From Bdellovibrionales bacterium (GTDB taxonomy: Bacteria > Bdellovibrionota > UBA1018 > JADZFF01), in contig JADZFF010000042.1 in NCBI GenBank assembly GCA_020850015.1, forward strand, positions 890 through 64,889: a DNA stretch of 64,000 bases. The letters run 5' to 3'. Positions 22,223-31,741 of this stretch are shown piece after piece. The notes under the pieces are model-generated. The model was not told the origin of the DNA. It ran no database searches and saw only the letters and a program-made list of their open reading frames with translations. Made by a program: the position numbers and the translations under genes. Within the stretch, counting starts at the first letter, position 1. Each line of letters begins with the position of its first letter.

Positions 22223-25162
22223 ATGGTTGCGGCAAAGGAAGGCCGCCCGCCCAGGAAGCGGCTCACTCTTCGGCTTCAGCGTCCGTCGCTTCGCGCGGCG
22301 CTCGCGGCCCTGGGGCTTGGGATCGCCTTCGTGTCGGTGCTGGCCCTGCATAAGCAGAAGGAGCTCGATGCCCTGGCGCAGGAGAAGCTCGCCGTGGTGG
22401 CCGAGCCCCATGTCGCCTTCAGAAACCTCTTTCAGGCCAGCTTCTACTTCTATTTCCAGGAGCAGTTTCTGCCCGGGGTGCGCAGGCATATCCAAGAGAC
22501 TCCGGGCCTCCAACGCGTGCAGATCCTCTCCGGCGGCGGCGGCCTGCTCTTCGATTCCGCGGCCGCGGAGAAGTTCGAGCCCGACCCGAACGCCCCGGAA
22601 GAGAACATCCCGCCCTTCGGTGAGAGGCAGGTCGTGGCGCGCCTGGGCAAGGAGGCGCCCGGCGTGTTCGCGCAGGGATTCCGCGTGCGGATCCTCATGC
22701 CCGCGGGCCAGTACGCGATTCTCTACACCTTCGAGGCCGTGGGCCTCAGGAATCGGCTGGCGGCGCTCCTCGGCGCCGGCTTGCTGATCGCGAGCGCCCT
22801 GGGCATGGCCGCGTTCTACGTCCGGGCTTTCCGGCCCGTGAAGGCGCTGGGCCGTGGGCTTCGGAGGGTTTGGGGCTTGCGCGTGAAGTTCCTGCTCACC
22901 ATCTTTTTCGTGAATGCCCTCACGGGGGGAGTCGTCTACTTCACGTTGAGCGAGTATCAGAGCCGCGAGCTCGCCGAGCGCATCGAGCGGGAATCCGTGC
23001 TTTTCACTCAGTTCTCGACCGAGAAGATCGTCCAGGACTTCTCGAACTACTTCTATTTCTACTTCCGCGACAAGTTCCTGCCCTCCGTGAAGCAGATCGT
23101 GGCCACGAACGAGAACCTGGTTTCACTTCGGGTGATCTCGAACCGCACGCGGGCCGTGCTCTTCGACAGCGAGCACTCGGGGCAGGCCGGAGTTCCGGGC
23201 GCCACCGGCACGGGCGAGCGCGCGCAGCTCACGGATGAGGAGGAGTCGCTCCTGCTTGGGCGCGGGCTCGTGGTGCGCAACGAGGAGAGGGAGGGCAGAA
23301 AACAGCTCTTCGTGACCCGCGTATACCGGAACGAGAACGGCGAGCCCCTGTTCCTGGTTGAGTTCGCGTTTCACTACCTGAGCCTCGACCGCGCCGTGGG
23401 GGCGATCCGCCGGAGGATCCTGATGGATCTGCTTCCGTCCATGGCGCTGGGGCTCCTGATCGGCGTGGTTTTCTCCCAGCTGCTGATCTCACCCATCCGG
23501 CGCTTGGTCGGGGCGCTGAGGCGCGTCTCCGAGGGCGACTACGAGTCCACCCTCCATATCCGCCGGGCGGACGAGATCGGCGACCTCGTGCAGGCCTTCA
23601 ACGCGATGACCTCCGAGCTTCGGAAGAAGCAGGAGCTCAAGAAATACCTCTCGGACACCACTTATCGCCGGATCATGGCGGCCCAGCAGGGTTCCGCGGA
23701 AACCCGGGTCGGAGGCAAGCGCGTCGCGGCCACGGTGCTGTTCTCAGACATCCGGAATTTCGTGACGCACGTCGAGAGCATGGAGCCGGAGGAGGTGACT
23801 TCGATGCTCAACGAATATTTCTCGGAGATGGTCGAGGTCGTGCACAAACACGGCGGGGAGGTCGACAAGTTCATCGGCGACGCCCTGCTAGCCGTATTTT
23901 ACGACGACGAGGACACGATGCCCAGGACCGCGACCTCCCTCAAAGCCGTGTACTGCGCGCTTGAGATGAAGGAGCGGCTTGCGGACTTCAACGAGCGGAG
24001 GGCCCAGTCGGGCAAGAACGTCCTGGAGATCGGGGTGGGGATCACGCACGGCGAGATCATCTCAGGCCCGATCGGATCGAAGGACCGTATGGACTTCACG
24101 GTGATCGGCGACGTGGTGAATCTGGCAAGCCGGATCGAGGGGATTTCGAAGCAGGGCCGTCACACCCGGATCTGCTTCTCGCAGCACGTGGAAGACCGGC
24201 TGAAGGGGCTCGTGGATTACGAGCCTATCGGCGAGGGCAGGATCCGAGGGAAAACCGAGGATGTAGCCGTTTACGAGCTCGTCCGCATTCGGGAGCTGAG
24301 CGGGCTTCTGCAGAACCTCGAAACCGCGGACCGGGATCTGCGCGTCGGGAGCGTGGAGCTGCTCGGGCATTCCCAGAACCCGGACGCGATCGCGCCGCTG
24401 CTCCACCTGCTGCGAGACGGCGACGAGCGGATCCGCGTCGCCTCAGCCGGCGCCCTGGTGCGCCTCAGCCCGAGGGATTACCGGGCCTCCGTGGACGCGT
24501 TCTTCGAGAGGCTGGAGGTGGAGAAGTCGGAGAAGGTGATCTCGGCGCTCATCACGGGTCTTGGAAGAATGTGCGGAACCGAGCGGCTGCTCGATCTGCG
24601 CCGCTACCTGGATGCGCCGGACCACCGGATTTCCGCGAACGCGGTGGAGGCCATCGGGAGGCTTCGCAGCCCCAGGAGTCTGGATCTGGTGCTCCCGCTC
24701 CTTTCCAGCCGAAACAACCGGGTCAAGGCCAACGCGGCCATGGCTCTTTTTTCCGCCGGGCATCTCGAGGTGATCGAGACCCTCAAACCCATGCTGATGC
24801 ATTCCGACCCGCTGATGAGGTCGAGCGCCGCGTTCGCGATCGGGGAGCTGGCGCGCACTGCCGACGCCGTCAAGCTCGTGGAGGAATGGCGGGCCAAGGG
24901 CCGCGAGGTGAAGGTGTTCCTGGCGGAGCTGCAGCAGTGCGTCCCGATGCTGGTCGCGCTGCTCCGGGACCCGGAGCCCATGGTGAAACGCCAGGCCGTG
25001 ATCGCGCTCGGGAAGATCCGCGACCGATCGAGCGTGCTGCCCATCCTCGACACGCTCGAGCCTGGAAAGGATTCCAAGGAGCTCATCCGGGATATCACCC
25101 AGGCCCTCCAGGCCATCGGTTCGCACAAGCTCGTGCGGGAGGTGCTTGAGCGCCTGGGCTGA
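22223..25162 (+). CDS. membrane sensor: duplicated N-terminal module - HAMP - class III nucleotidyl cyclase - HEAT repeats (979 aa)
   Basis: HAMP (ISPIRRLVGALRRVSEGDY...DEIGDLVQAFNAM). Cyclase motifs (VLFSDIRNF, KFIGDALLAVF, GITHGEIISGPIGS, VIGDVVNLASRIE). C-terminal HEAT/PBS-lyase-like repeats (PLLHLLRDGDERIRVASAGALVRL and others). Confidence 0.85.
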   Translation: MVAAKEGRPPRKRLTLRLQRPSLRAALAALGLGIAFVSVLALHKQKELDALAQEKLAVVAEPHVAFRNLFQASFYFYFQEQFLPGVRRHIQETPGLQRVQILSGGGGLLFDSAAAEKFEPDPNAPEENIPPFGERQVVARLGKEAPGVFAQGFRVRILMPAGQYAILYTFEAVGLRNRLAALLGAGLLIASALGMAAFYVRAFRPVKALGRGLRRVWGLRVKFLLTIFFVNALTGGVVYFTLSEYQSRELAERIERESVLFTQFSTEKIVQDFSNYFYFYFRDKFLPSVKQIVATNENLVSLRVISNRTRAVLFDSEHSGQAGVPGATGTGERAQLTDEEESLLLGRGLVVRNEEREGRKQLFVTRVYRNENGEPLFLVEFAFHYLSLDRAVGAIRRRILMDLLPSMALGLLIGVVFSQLLISPIRRLVGALRRVSEGDYESTLHIRRADEIGDLVQAFNAMTSELRKKQELKKYLSDTTYRRIMAAQQGSAETRVGGKRVAATVLFSDIRNFVTHVESMEPEEVTSMLNEYFSEMVEVVHKHGGEVDKFIGDALLAVFYDDEDTMPRTATSLKAVYCALEMKERLADFNERRAQSGKNVLEIGVGITHGEIISGPIGSKDRMDFTVIGDVVNLASRIEGISKQGRHTRICFSQHVEDRLKGLVDYEPIGEGRIRGKTEDVAVYELVRIRELSGLLQNLETADRDLRVGSVELLGHSQNPDAIAPLLHLLRDGDERIRVASAGALVRLSPRDYRASVDAFFERLEVEKSEKVISALITGLGRMCGTERLLDLRRYLDAPDHRISANAVEAIGRLRSPRSLDLVLPLLSSRNNRVKANAAMALFSAGHLEVIETLKPMLMHSDPLMRSSAAFAIGELARTADAVKLVEEWRAKGREVKVFLAELQQCVPMLVALLRDPEPMVKRQAVIALGKIRDRSSVLPILDTLEPGKDSKELIRDITQALQAIGSHKLVREVLERLG

Positions 25163-25176
25163 GGCTCCGAGAGCCC

Positions 25177-26700
25177 TCAGCCCCTGGGAATGGATCGCTC
25201 CGGGCGATAACAGGCCGCTTCGGTGAAATGTCCGCGGGTGGGTTCCTCGCGGCCATCGAGCGTGGCGAGCGTCACGGCCACGCGCAGGGTCTTCGCCAGG
25301 GAGCGGAGGCTGGCCGGCTGGGTTCCCTCGGCCAGGACGCGCCAGCGGGGATGCGCGATGAGCTGTTCTGAAATACGGGCCTCGGTCCACGCCCCGGGCG
25401 GAAGGGCGAAGCGGGCGGTGAGCTTGCTTCGCGCCTCGGACACTCGTGAGGCCAACTCCGCGATTGGCACCCACCCGGGTCCGCTTGAAACCTCTCCAGC
25501 CATGACGTGGACCAGGTCCACGCGGTCCAGGATCGGCCCGGAGAGCCTGCGGAGGTACCGTTGCCTTTCCGCAAGCCCGCAGCAGCAGACACCAATTCCC
25601 GACGACCTGGGCCATGCTCCGCAGGGGCAGAGGTTGCCGGTGGCGGCGAGCCCGAAGGCCGCTGGCAGCACCCGCGAGATGGCTGCCCGGCTCAGGGTCA
25701 CGGTGCCCTCCTGCAGGGGCTCGCGCAGCGACTCCCGCGCGTCCCGTTTCCACTCCGGCAGCTCGTCGGCCACCAAAAGGCCCCCATTTGCGAGCGCGAA
25801 CTCGCCGGGAAAGATCCCATCTCCAGTGGCGCGCCCCACCAGAGACGCGGCGGTACACTGAGCCCCCACCTTGCGCACGGCACCCTGGGCGCCATTTGGG
25901 TAAGGTTCCCGAAGCTCCTGGATCAGGCGCGCGCACAGGGCGCGGCTCGGATCGGGCTCCGGCCAAAGCCTGATCAGAGTCTCCACGGCGACGCTCTTTC
26001 CCGTCCCGCGCGGCCCGAGGAGGAGCAGATGGTGCTGGCCCGCGGCGGCGGCCGCGAGCAGGCGGGCGGCCGCGGGCCCGATCGAGGCGACGCCCGGCAT
26101 GCCCCGCCATGAGGCAGCGGCCATTTCCGGGCCTGGCACCCACTGCCCGGGCCAGTGCGTCTCGGTCGCCGCGGACATCGCTTCCCGCAGAGTGCGCACC
26201 GCGCGGACGCGGGGTGCTGGTCCCGGGCCGGCGGTGGCCCCGAGCAGGGAGGAGCAGGCCTGAAGCGACGCAAGGTCGCCTTCGGGGAGAATCAGCAGTC
26301 CGGCACCTGCCCTCCAAGCCGCGATAAAGGACCTCACCGCCCGACCCACGGAACGCACGCTCCCGTTCAGGCTCAGTTCGCCGGTGGCCGCGAAGCGCAA
26401 CTCAGGCCGATCGGCGAGAAGGAGGGCGAGGGCCATGGGAAGATCCAGCCCGGTCCCCCGCTTCGGCACGTGCGCGGGCGCCAGGTTCAGGATGATCTTG
26501 CGCCGGGGAAGCTCAAGATCCATCGCCGCCACTGCGGCCCGCACGCGCTCGCGGGCCTCGGCCACCTCGCGTCCGGCGAGACCCACGATCTGGAATCCCG
26601 GGATCTGCAGAAAGGTCGCAACCTCGACGCAGGTGACTTCAGGTTCTGGAGCATGGTGTAGCGGGCCCAAGACGATCGGCATCAGCCGCTCGTGGAGCAA
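25177..26700 (-). CDS. comM: Mg-chelatase-like AAA+ ATPase, ComM/YifB family
   Basis: N-terminal Lon-like domain (FQIVGLAGREVAEARERVRAAV, ILNLAPAHVPKRGTGLDLPMAL) and Walker A HLLLLGPRGTGKS. Confidence 0.85.
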   Translation of the reverse strand: MLHERLMPIVLGPLHHAPEPEVTCVEVATFLQIPGFQIVGLAGREVAEARERVRAAVAAMDLELPRRKIILNLAPAHVPKRGTGLDLPMALALLLADRPELRFAATGELSLNGSVRSVGRAVRSFIAAWRAGAGLLILPEGDLASLQACSSLLGATAGPGPAPRVRAVRTLREAMSAATETHWPGQWVPGPEMAAASWRGMPGVASIGPAAARLLAAAAAGQHHLLLLGPRGTGKSVAVETLIRLWPEPDPSRALCARLIQELREPYPNGAQGAVRKVGAQCTAASLVGRATGDGIFPGEFALANGGLLVADELPEWKRDARESLREPLQEGTVTLSRAAISRVLPAAFGLAATGNLCPCGAWPRSSGIGVCCCGLAERQRYLRRLSGPILDRVDLVHVMAGEVSSGPGWVPIAELASRVSEARSKLTARFALPPGAWTEARISEQLIAHPRWRVLAEGTQPASLRSLAKTLRVAVTLATLDGREEPTRGHFTEAACYRPERSIPRG

Positions 26701-26709
26701 CAGGCGTGC

Positions 26710-27165
26710 CTAGCGCGACCGCCTTCGCTTGGCGAGCAACTCGTCGCGGGCTCGGCTGAGCGCGGCGGCGATTCCCTGGGCGTCTTCCCACTCGCGCGAT
26801 CCGGCGGGACCGATGCGATCAGGATGAAATCGCTTCATGAGCTCGCGATAGGCGTTCTGGATCTCGGGTTCGGAGGCGTCCTCGCCCACCCCCAGGATCT
26901 GATGCGGCTCTCCGGCGAGCGAGAGGCCGGGAAGCTGTTGGGGCTTTTGGGGAGTCCTGATCCTTGACTCCCCGAGCTCAGGCCCGGTGCGGGGCCCGCG
27001 TGGCCTGGGACGGTCCGCCTCCCGATGTTTGAATCCGGATTCCTTTCCCCCGATCCCCAGCACGCGCCAGGCCGTCCAGAGGACCGCGCAGATCAGCGCC
27101 AGCTGGATCCAACCGAATGCTCCGGCGAATGTCTGCAGGCGAGTTTCCCAGGAAGAGAGTTCCAT
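26710..27165 (-). CDS. membrane-anchored J-domain protein
   Basis: N-terminal TM helix (FGWIQLALICAVLWTAW). C-terminal J domain ILGVGEDASEPEIQNAYRELMKRFHPDR (HPD motif). Confidence 0.7.
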   Translation of the reverse strand: MELSSWETRLQTFAGAFGWIQLALICAVLWTAWRVLGIGGKESGFKHREADRPRPRGPRTGPELGESRIRTPQKPQQLPGLSLAGEPHQILGVGEDASEPEIQNAYRELMKRFHPDRIGPAGSREWEDAQGIAAALSRARDELLAKRRRSR

Positions 27166-29351
27166 CGTTCCAGATTTTGGCTCAAAATCCTCGGACTGGC
27201 GAGCGGTGCGCCCGTTGTTTGCAGCAGGGCCGGCGCGTGAGAGCTTGGATCGCGGTTTCAGCCTGGATCATGTTCGTGGCGGCGAGCGGCGCCGAGGCCG
27301 CGCTGCTTTCCCCCTGGGCGCTGCGTACCGGGAACGAAACCTGTTGGGCGCGCTATGCGCTGTCCGATGGGAGCCAGGTGTGCGTGCCAAAGGCAGTCTT
27401 CGCGCGCTGGTTGAAGCAAGATGCGGCGCGAGAGAGCTGGGACCGGGCGCCCGGCCGATGGAAACTCTCGCGTGCCGGCATGGGCCGGACCCCGGGCGAG
27501 CGATCCCGAATCTGGAGCGTCACCGGGCCCCCTGGGAGAAAGCCCAGCCGCCTTGCCTCGTTCGTATTGTCGGTGGAACAGGTTCGGGAGTGGTCGGCCG
27601 AGCACCTTCGCAAGCGGGACCCTTGGGGGGTCCTTGCTCGGCTCGCGGTCGACCAACGCACGCCGGGCGGAACCGTGGACCTGCTCCGCCTTTCGGGTTT
27701 CGTTCATGTCGCGAGCGCCTCGGGGATCCATCTCTACGCCCTGGCCGCGGGTGCGAACGCCGCCGCCGCGTTTCTGCTTCTATTCTGCGGGTGGAGCCCT
27801 CAAGGAGCGAGGCGCGCGAGCCTGATGTTCTCGATCGTGCTTTGGGGGGCTTGCTGGACCTTGGGGGGGATGCGGCCCGGCATGCTCAGGCCCATGATCA
27901 TCGTGGGTCTGAGGGCCGCCGCGCGCGGGGTCGGAGCGCGTTGGGCGCCCGGAGCGCCCCTGGTTCTCGCGCTTGCGCTCGACGGGGCGATCGCGATTCT
28001 TCGTTGGTCTCAGGGAGCTGAGCTTGCCCCTTGGGCGCCCGGACGCTGGCACTATGCGCTTGCGGTAGGGGGCGGGCTCGCGGCGCTGGAGTGGGTTCGC
28101 GCCATCGAGCGGGGCCCGCACTCCTGGCGCGCCGAGGCGCTCGCCCATCTCGCGATGTCGGTGGGCTCCTGGCTGGCCACCGCGGTCTGGGACGCGGCCA
28201 CCTTGGGCTGGGTAGCGCCCTGGACGCCAGCCCTGAGTCTGGCGACCATTCCGCTCTATTCCCAGTTTCTGCTTCCTGCCGCGCTTCTGTCCTGCGCATT
28301 TCAGATTCTGGGGTGGACTTCGGCGGCCGCGGAACTGGCGCTCGCGATGGGTGAGCTCTCCGGCGTGTTGATCGGTGGCCTGGCACGAGCCGTCTGGTGG
28401 GGCGGGGGGTTATGGGTACTTGCGCCGGGAACCTGGATCTTCGCTGGGGTGGGCGCGGCGCTCATGGTCGGTGCACGGGCCGCGCTTCGGGCGAGATGGG
28501 GAAGCAAGGGAGCGATCCTGGGCGGCGGCCTGGTGCTGCTCCTCCTGAGCTGCAGCCGCTTGGTCTCAACGTCGCGCGCAGGCAATCCCTCTTTCCCGCT
28601 TGCGACTCAGGTGGTCCAGAGAGACGTGGGGCAGGGCGACTCCGCATGGGTTCTCTCGCCTGGGGGAGCCGGCTGGGTGGATACCGGTTCAGGGCGCGCC
28701 TTTCATCCCGCGCGCATCCTGGAAGAGGCCCAACGACTGGGAGTCGGGCGGATTGACTGGGTCCTGATCACTCATTTGGACGAGGACCACGTGGGGGCGC
28801 TTCCGGGTCTGTCCCGCCTGATCCCGCTGGGCTGCGTGCGGGCGGATCGGCTGCACCTCGCGTCTGAAAGGGGAAAGGAGCTGACGCGGGAGCTCGGCGG
28901 ACAAGGCGTTATGACCACCTATCGTGGCTGCGTCCCGTACCAGGTCTTTCAGCCGCGTCCCGGCGGCTCGTCGAGCGGCAACGATCGGATGCTCGCCCTG
29001 GGCGTGCCGCTCCTGGGGGGCGGCGCCTACGTCAATGGAGGGGACATGTCCGCGTCCCAGGAGGAGCATTGGTGGCCAAGCCTTCGGCACTGGCTCTCGC
29101 GTGCAGCACCCAGAGCTGGCCAGGGGGCCCCGTTGGTCCTCAAGGCCTCGCACCATGGTTCTCGGTTCGGGACTTCCGAGGCCTGGTTGGGTCGGCTGGC
29201 GCCGAGCGTGATTTGGATTTCCGCCGGGCCCGCCAATCCCCATGGTCATCCCTCTCCCGAGGTTCTTGCGAGGGCCCAAGGGCTTGGCATTTCAGTGCGT
29301 CGGACCGATCTCGAGGGAGAGCTAAGCTGGGTATATCGACAGGGTAATTAA
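27117..29351 (+). CDS. comEC: ComEC/Rec2-family DNA internalisation protein with metallo-beta-lactamase domain
   Basis: Polytopic competence domain, then an MBL domain (VVQRDVGQGDSAWVL, DWVLITHLDEDHVGAL, LKASHHGS). Start is uncertain: the ORF limit at 27117 overlaps the divergent J-domain gene, with alternatives near 27237/27270. Confidence 0.8.
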   Translation: MLRRMSAGEFPRKRVPSFQILAQNPRTGERCARCLQQGRRVRAWIAVSAWIMFVAASGAEAALLSPWALRTGNETCWARYALSDGSQVCVPKAVFARWLKQDAARESWDRAPGRWKLSRAGMGRTPGERSRIWSVTGPPGRKPSRLASFVLSVEQVREWSAEHLRKRDPWGVLARLAVDQRTPGGTVDLLRLSGFVHVASASGIHLYALAAGANAAAAFLLLFCGWSPQGARRASLMFSIVLWGACWTLGGMRPGMLRPMIIVGLRAAARGVGARWAPGAPLVLALALDGAIAILRWSQGAELAPWAPGRWHYALAVGGGLAALEWVRAIERGPHSWRAEALAHLAMSVGSWLATAVWDAATLGWVAPWTPALSLATIPLYSQFLLPAALLSCAFQILGWTSAAAELALAMGELSGVLIGGLARAVWWGGGLWVLAPGTWIFAGVGAALMVGARAALRARWGSKGAILGGGLVLLLLSCSRLVSTSRAGNPSFPLATQVVQRDVGQGDSAWVLSPGGAGWVDTGSGRAFHPARILEEAQRLGVGRIDWVLITHLDEDHVGALPGLSRLIPLGCVRADRLHLASERGKELTRELGGQGVMTTYRGCVPYQVFQPRPGGSSSGNDRMLALGVPLLGGGAYVNGGDMSASQEEHWWPSLRHWLSRAAPRAGQGAPLVLKASHHGSRFGTSEAWLGRLAPSVIWISAGPANPHGHPSPEVLARAQGLGISVRRTDLEGELSWVYRQGN

Positions 29352-29400
29352 TTGTATTTATTAATGAAAAATATATGATCTTTATGATAAACTATTAAGT
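29345..29400. promoter_or_regulatory. 56-nt AT-rich island (7 G/C) with ATTAAT-N7-ATTAAT palindrome and -10-like TATGAT
   Basis: Begins 4 nt upstream of and spans the comEC TAA (29349-29351), extending to 29400, and lies about 30 nt upstream of the metzincin TTG start. ATTAAT at 29347-29352 and 29360-29365; TATGAT at 29383-29388. Confidence 0.5.
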
Positions 29401-29431
29401 GAGAACGCCGATATCGAGGTGAGGGGGGCCT

Positions 29432-30247
29432 TTGGAGCCAAGGGGACGAGAGCTACTGGGCGAAAGAGCCGGGCGGGAGGCCTGGCTGAGGGCCTTTGCC
29501 CCTGCGGTCCTCCTTTGTGTGGCGGCCGTGGGCTGCGCTCGGGCGATCTCAGGAAATCCCATCATTCGAGAGTGCGTGCTCGAGTCCGACCAGCAGGCCA
29601 CGGTCACCGCGCGCTGGCCGCTTACCCCCATCCCCCTGGCCTGGCACACCACCTTCAATGCGAGCGAAACGGCCGCGATGGTTTCAGCGGCCAAGACCTG
29701 GAACAAGTTCTACAAGGAGAGCCGGGGATTCGATCTCTTCGATCACGGGGGCGGCCGGAAGGCCTCTACGAACGTGAACAACGTTTGCTCAGCGGCGGCG
29801 ATCGTCTCGGGAACCGAGTACACCGGAAACGTGATGATCCTGAAACGCACGGACTGGCCCGGCACGGGCAGTCACGGGTCCGGCGTGATCGCGCTGACCA
29901 CCGTGTGTTCCCTCCCCATCGGGGGTGAGCCCCTGAAGAGGATCTCGAACGGCATCATCGAGTCCAACTACGAGAACTTCTTCATCAGCAACAAGCCTCT
30001 TCCAGACACGGAGTCGATCTATCTCCACGAGATGGGGCACCTGATCGGCATGGACCACAGCTGCGCTATCAACTCCAATTCCCAAGGCGTGCCGGACTGC
30101 AACGACCTCAACGACAGCCATCCCTACTTCGTGGCCGTCCTCTTTCCATCGATCTTCTTCCCGGACGGCCAGAACGGCGAGGAGCGGCGAGTGCTTCAAG
30201 CGAACGATATGGGTCGGGCCAATTGCCTCTATGAGCCTGCGCAGTAA
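29432..30247 (+). CDS. metzincin-type zinc metalloprotease lipoprotein
   Basis: Lipobox LLCVAAVGC. HEMGHLIGMDHS matches HExxHxxGxxH. TTG start preceded by GAGGTGAGGGGGG. Confidence 0.75.
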   Translation: MEPRGRELLGERAGREAWLRAFAPAVLLCVAAVGCARAISGNPIIRECVLESDQQATVTARWPLTPIPLAWHTTFNASETAAMVSAAKTWNKFYKESRGFDLFDHGGGRKASTNVNNVCSAAAIVSGTEYTGNVMILKRTDWPGTGSHGSGVIALTTVCSLPIGGEPLKRISNGIIESNYENFFISNKPLPDTESIYLHEMGHLIGMDHSCAINSNSQGVPDCNDLNDSHPYFVAVLFPSIFFPDGQNGEERRVLQANDMGRANCLYEPAQ

Positions 30248-30305
30248 GGGCGGCCACCCGTTGCCAGGCGCCGCCCTTCCAGATGCCGCTCCAGCCTGGA
30301 GCGGC
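30248..30305. terminator. two tandem hairpins between convergent genes
   Basis: GGGCGGC...GCCGCCC (30248-30276) and GCCGCTCCA-GCC-TGGAGCGGC (30285-30305). No strong U-tracts. Confidence 0.45.
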
Positions 30306-30331
30306 AAACCATTCGAATCCGATTACGACTA

Positions 30332-31741
30332 CTACTCTTCGCTGCCCGGCTCAACGAGCTCGGGGCGGCCGTTCTCTCCGATCACGATCAGCATGTCCTC
30401 GTGGTCGCCCACGGGGTGGTTGGCCTCGGGCGTCGCCCGGCGCCAGATCTCCTGGTGCGCGCGTTTGTAGGCCTGAACGATGCCCGGAACGGTGATCACG
30501 TAGAACTGCTCGCAGTTTCCTGGTGCGCTGATGTTCAGCGAGGCTGACGTGAAGTTGCCCGCGCCCTGGAAGAGCGTCTTGTTGTCCACCACCATGAACT
30601 TGTTGTGGTGGAGCTGAGCCGCGCCGCCCTCGGCCGAGGTCTCGAGGAAGCGCACGTCGCCGCCGGCGTCACGGACGTCACGGTGAGACTTCACGTCTTC
30701 CGCGCCCACGTCGTGGCCGTGGCCACCGTCGACCTTGCCGGTGCGCAGGGTGTCGTCGTCCATCACCATGTTGAACTTCGCGCCGTTGCGAATCGCCCGG
30801 ATCATCGGGCGGGTCACCATCGACGAAGTCAGGCGGTGGATGTTCACGAGCACTTCCTCGCGAGCGCCTTCAAGAAGCGTCTTGAGGGCCTGGTAGGGCT
30901 TGGGGTTCACGTTGCCGTGGGGGACTGGGAAGAACTTCAGGTCGCGGCGCTCAGGAGAGGCGATACGAGCGCGGCAGTCGCGGATCGTGGTCGCGATCTT
31001 CATCTGCGACTCGGCATTCATGCCGGCCGCTTCGAGGGCCTTGAATACGCAGTAGTTGGCCTGGGCCAGGTGGTCCGAGGTCTTGGCGTCCAGGAACAGC
31101 CAGTTTTCGAAGTGGAGGTTGGTGCCGAAGCTCGACATGTTGGCGCTCGAAGAGGTCACGAGGGTGCGAGTCTCTTTCGCCACGCTCGCCTCAGCCGCCG
31201 ACATCTCATGCAGGGGCTTGGGGTTCACGAGCGGGCTCGCCATGAAGATCTTCATGTGCTGGAGGTAGGCGCCTTCGGTGCCGAAGGGGCCTTTTCCGCG
31301 GGGAACGACGCGCAGGTTAGCGCGCAGAGCGGTCATGTCGCAGTTCGGGTCGGCGGCCTGGAACTCGGGGTTCGAGAGCTGCGCAGCGCTGCTCTGGTCG
31401 ATATAGATCGTGACTTTCTTGCCGACCTTGGCGGCCTCGCAGATCGATTTCTTTACGCGTTTGTTCGAGAACGAGAAGTAGGCCATCTGCACCGATTTGG
31501 TGGTGGGGGCCAGCATCGCTTCGCGAAGGGCCGCTTCCACGCCGGATTTTTCAACGGCGGCGCCGCTGTCGGTGAAGTCGCACCAGGCGCCGGGCGCCTG
31601 ACCGGGGTGGTTGCAGTCCGGCAGGTTGAAGCGGACCTCCCACTTCATCCCTGCCGACTCGCCAGAAGCGAAGGGGGCCGGCGCGGCCTGAGCCGAGGCC
31701 GAGATCAGGGCCGACAGAACGAATAGGCTACGGAACTTCAT
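30332..31741 (-). CDS. secreted phospholipase D superfamily protein (two HKD motifs)
   Basis: Signal peptide MKFRSLFVLSALISASAQA, with GGAGGAG upstream. HKD motifs at LQHMKIFMA and HHNKFMVVDNKTLFQGAGNFTSASL. Start is M31 of ORF 30332..31831. Confidence 0.8.
   Translation of the reverse strand: MKFRSLFVLSALISASAQAAPAPFASGESAGMKWEVRFNLPDCNHPGQAPGAWCDFTDSGAAVEKSGVEAALREAMLAPTTKSVQMAYFSFSNKRVKKSICEAAKVGKKVTIYIDQSSAAQLSNPEFQAADPNCDMTALRANLRVVPRGKGPFGTEGAYLQHMKIFMASPLVNPKPLHEMSAAEASVAKETRTLVTSSSANMSSFGTNLHFENWLFLDAKTSDHLAQANYCVFKALEAAGMNAESQMKIATTIRDCRARIASPERRDLKFFPVPHGNVNPKPYQALKTLLEGAREEVLVNIHRLTSSMVTRPMIRAIRNGAKFNMVMDDDTLRTGKVDGGHGHDVGAEDVKSHRDVRDAGGDVRFLETSAEGGAAQLHHNKFMVVDNKTLFQGAGNFTSASLNISAPGNCEQFYVITVPGIVQAYKRAHQEIWRRATPEANHPVGDHEDMLIVIGENGRPELVEPGSEE

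Noticed and set aside
24443-26317. 624-aa minus-strand ORF spanning the cyclase 3' end and comM
   Set aside because: The composition is R/P/G/A-rich. It crosses a gene boundary and overlaps two motif-supported genes.
29345-29400. Calling the AT island a bona fide dif site
   Set aside because: Only the central TGTAT and a loose TTAATGAAAAAT versus TTATGTTAAAT resemblance could be aligned by eye. The arms are essentially ATTAAT self-palindromes, and local gene orientation does not show a clear terminus-like convergence. It is kept only as an alternative hypothesis in the findings.
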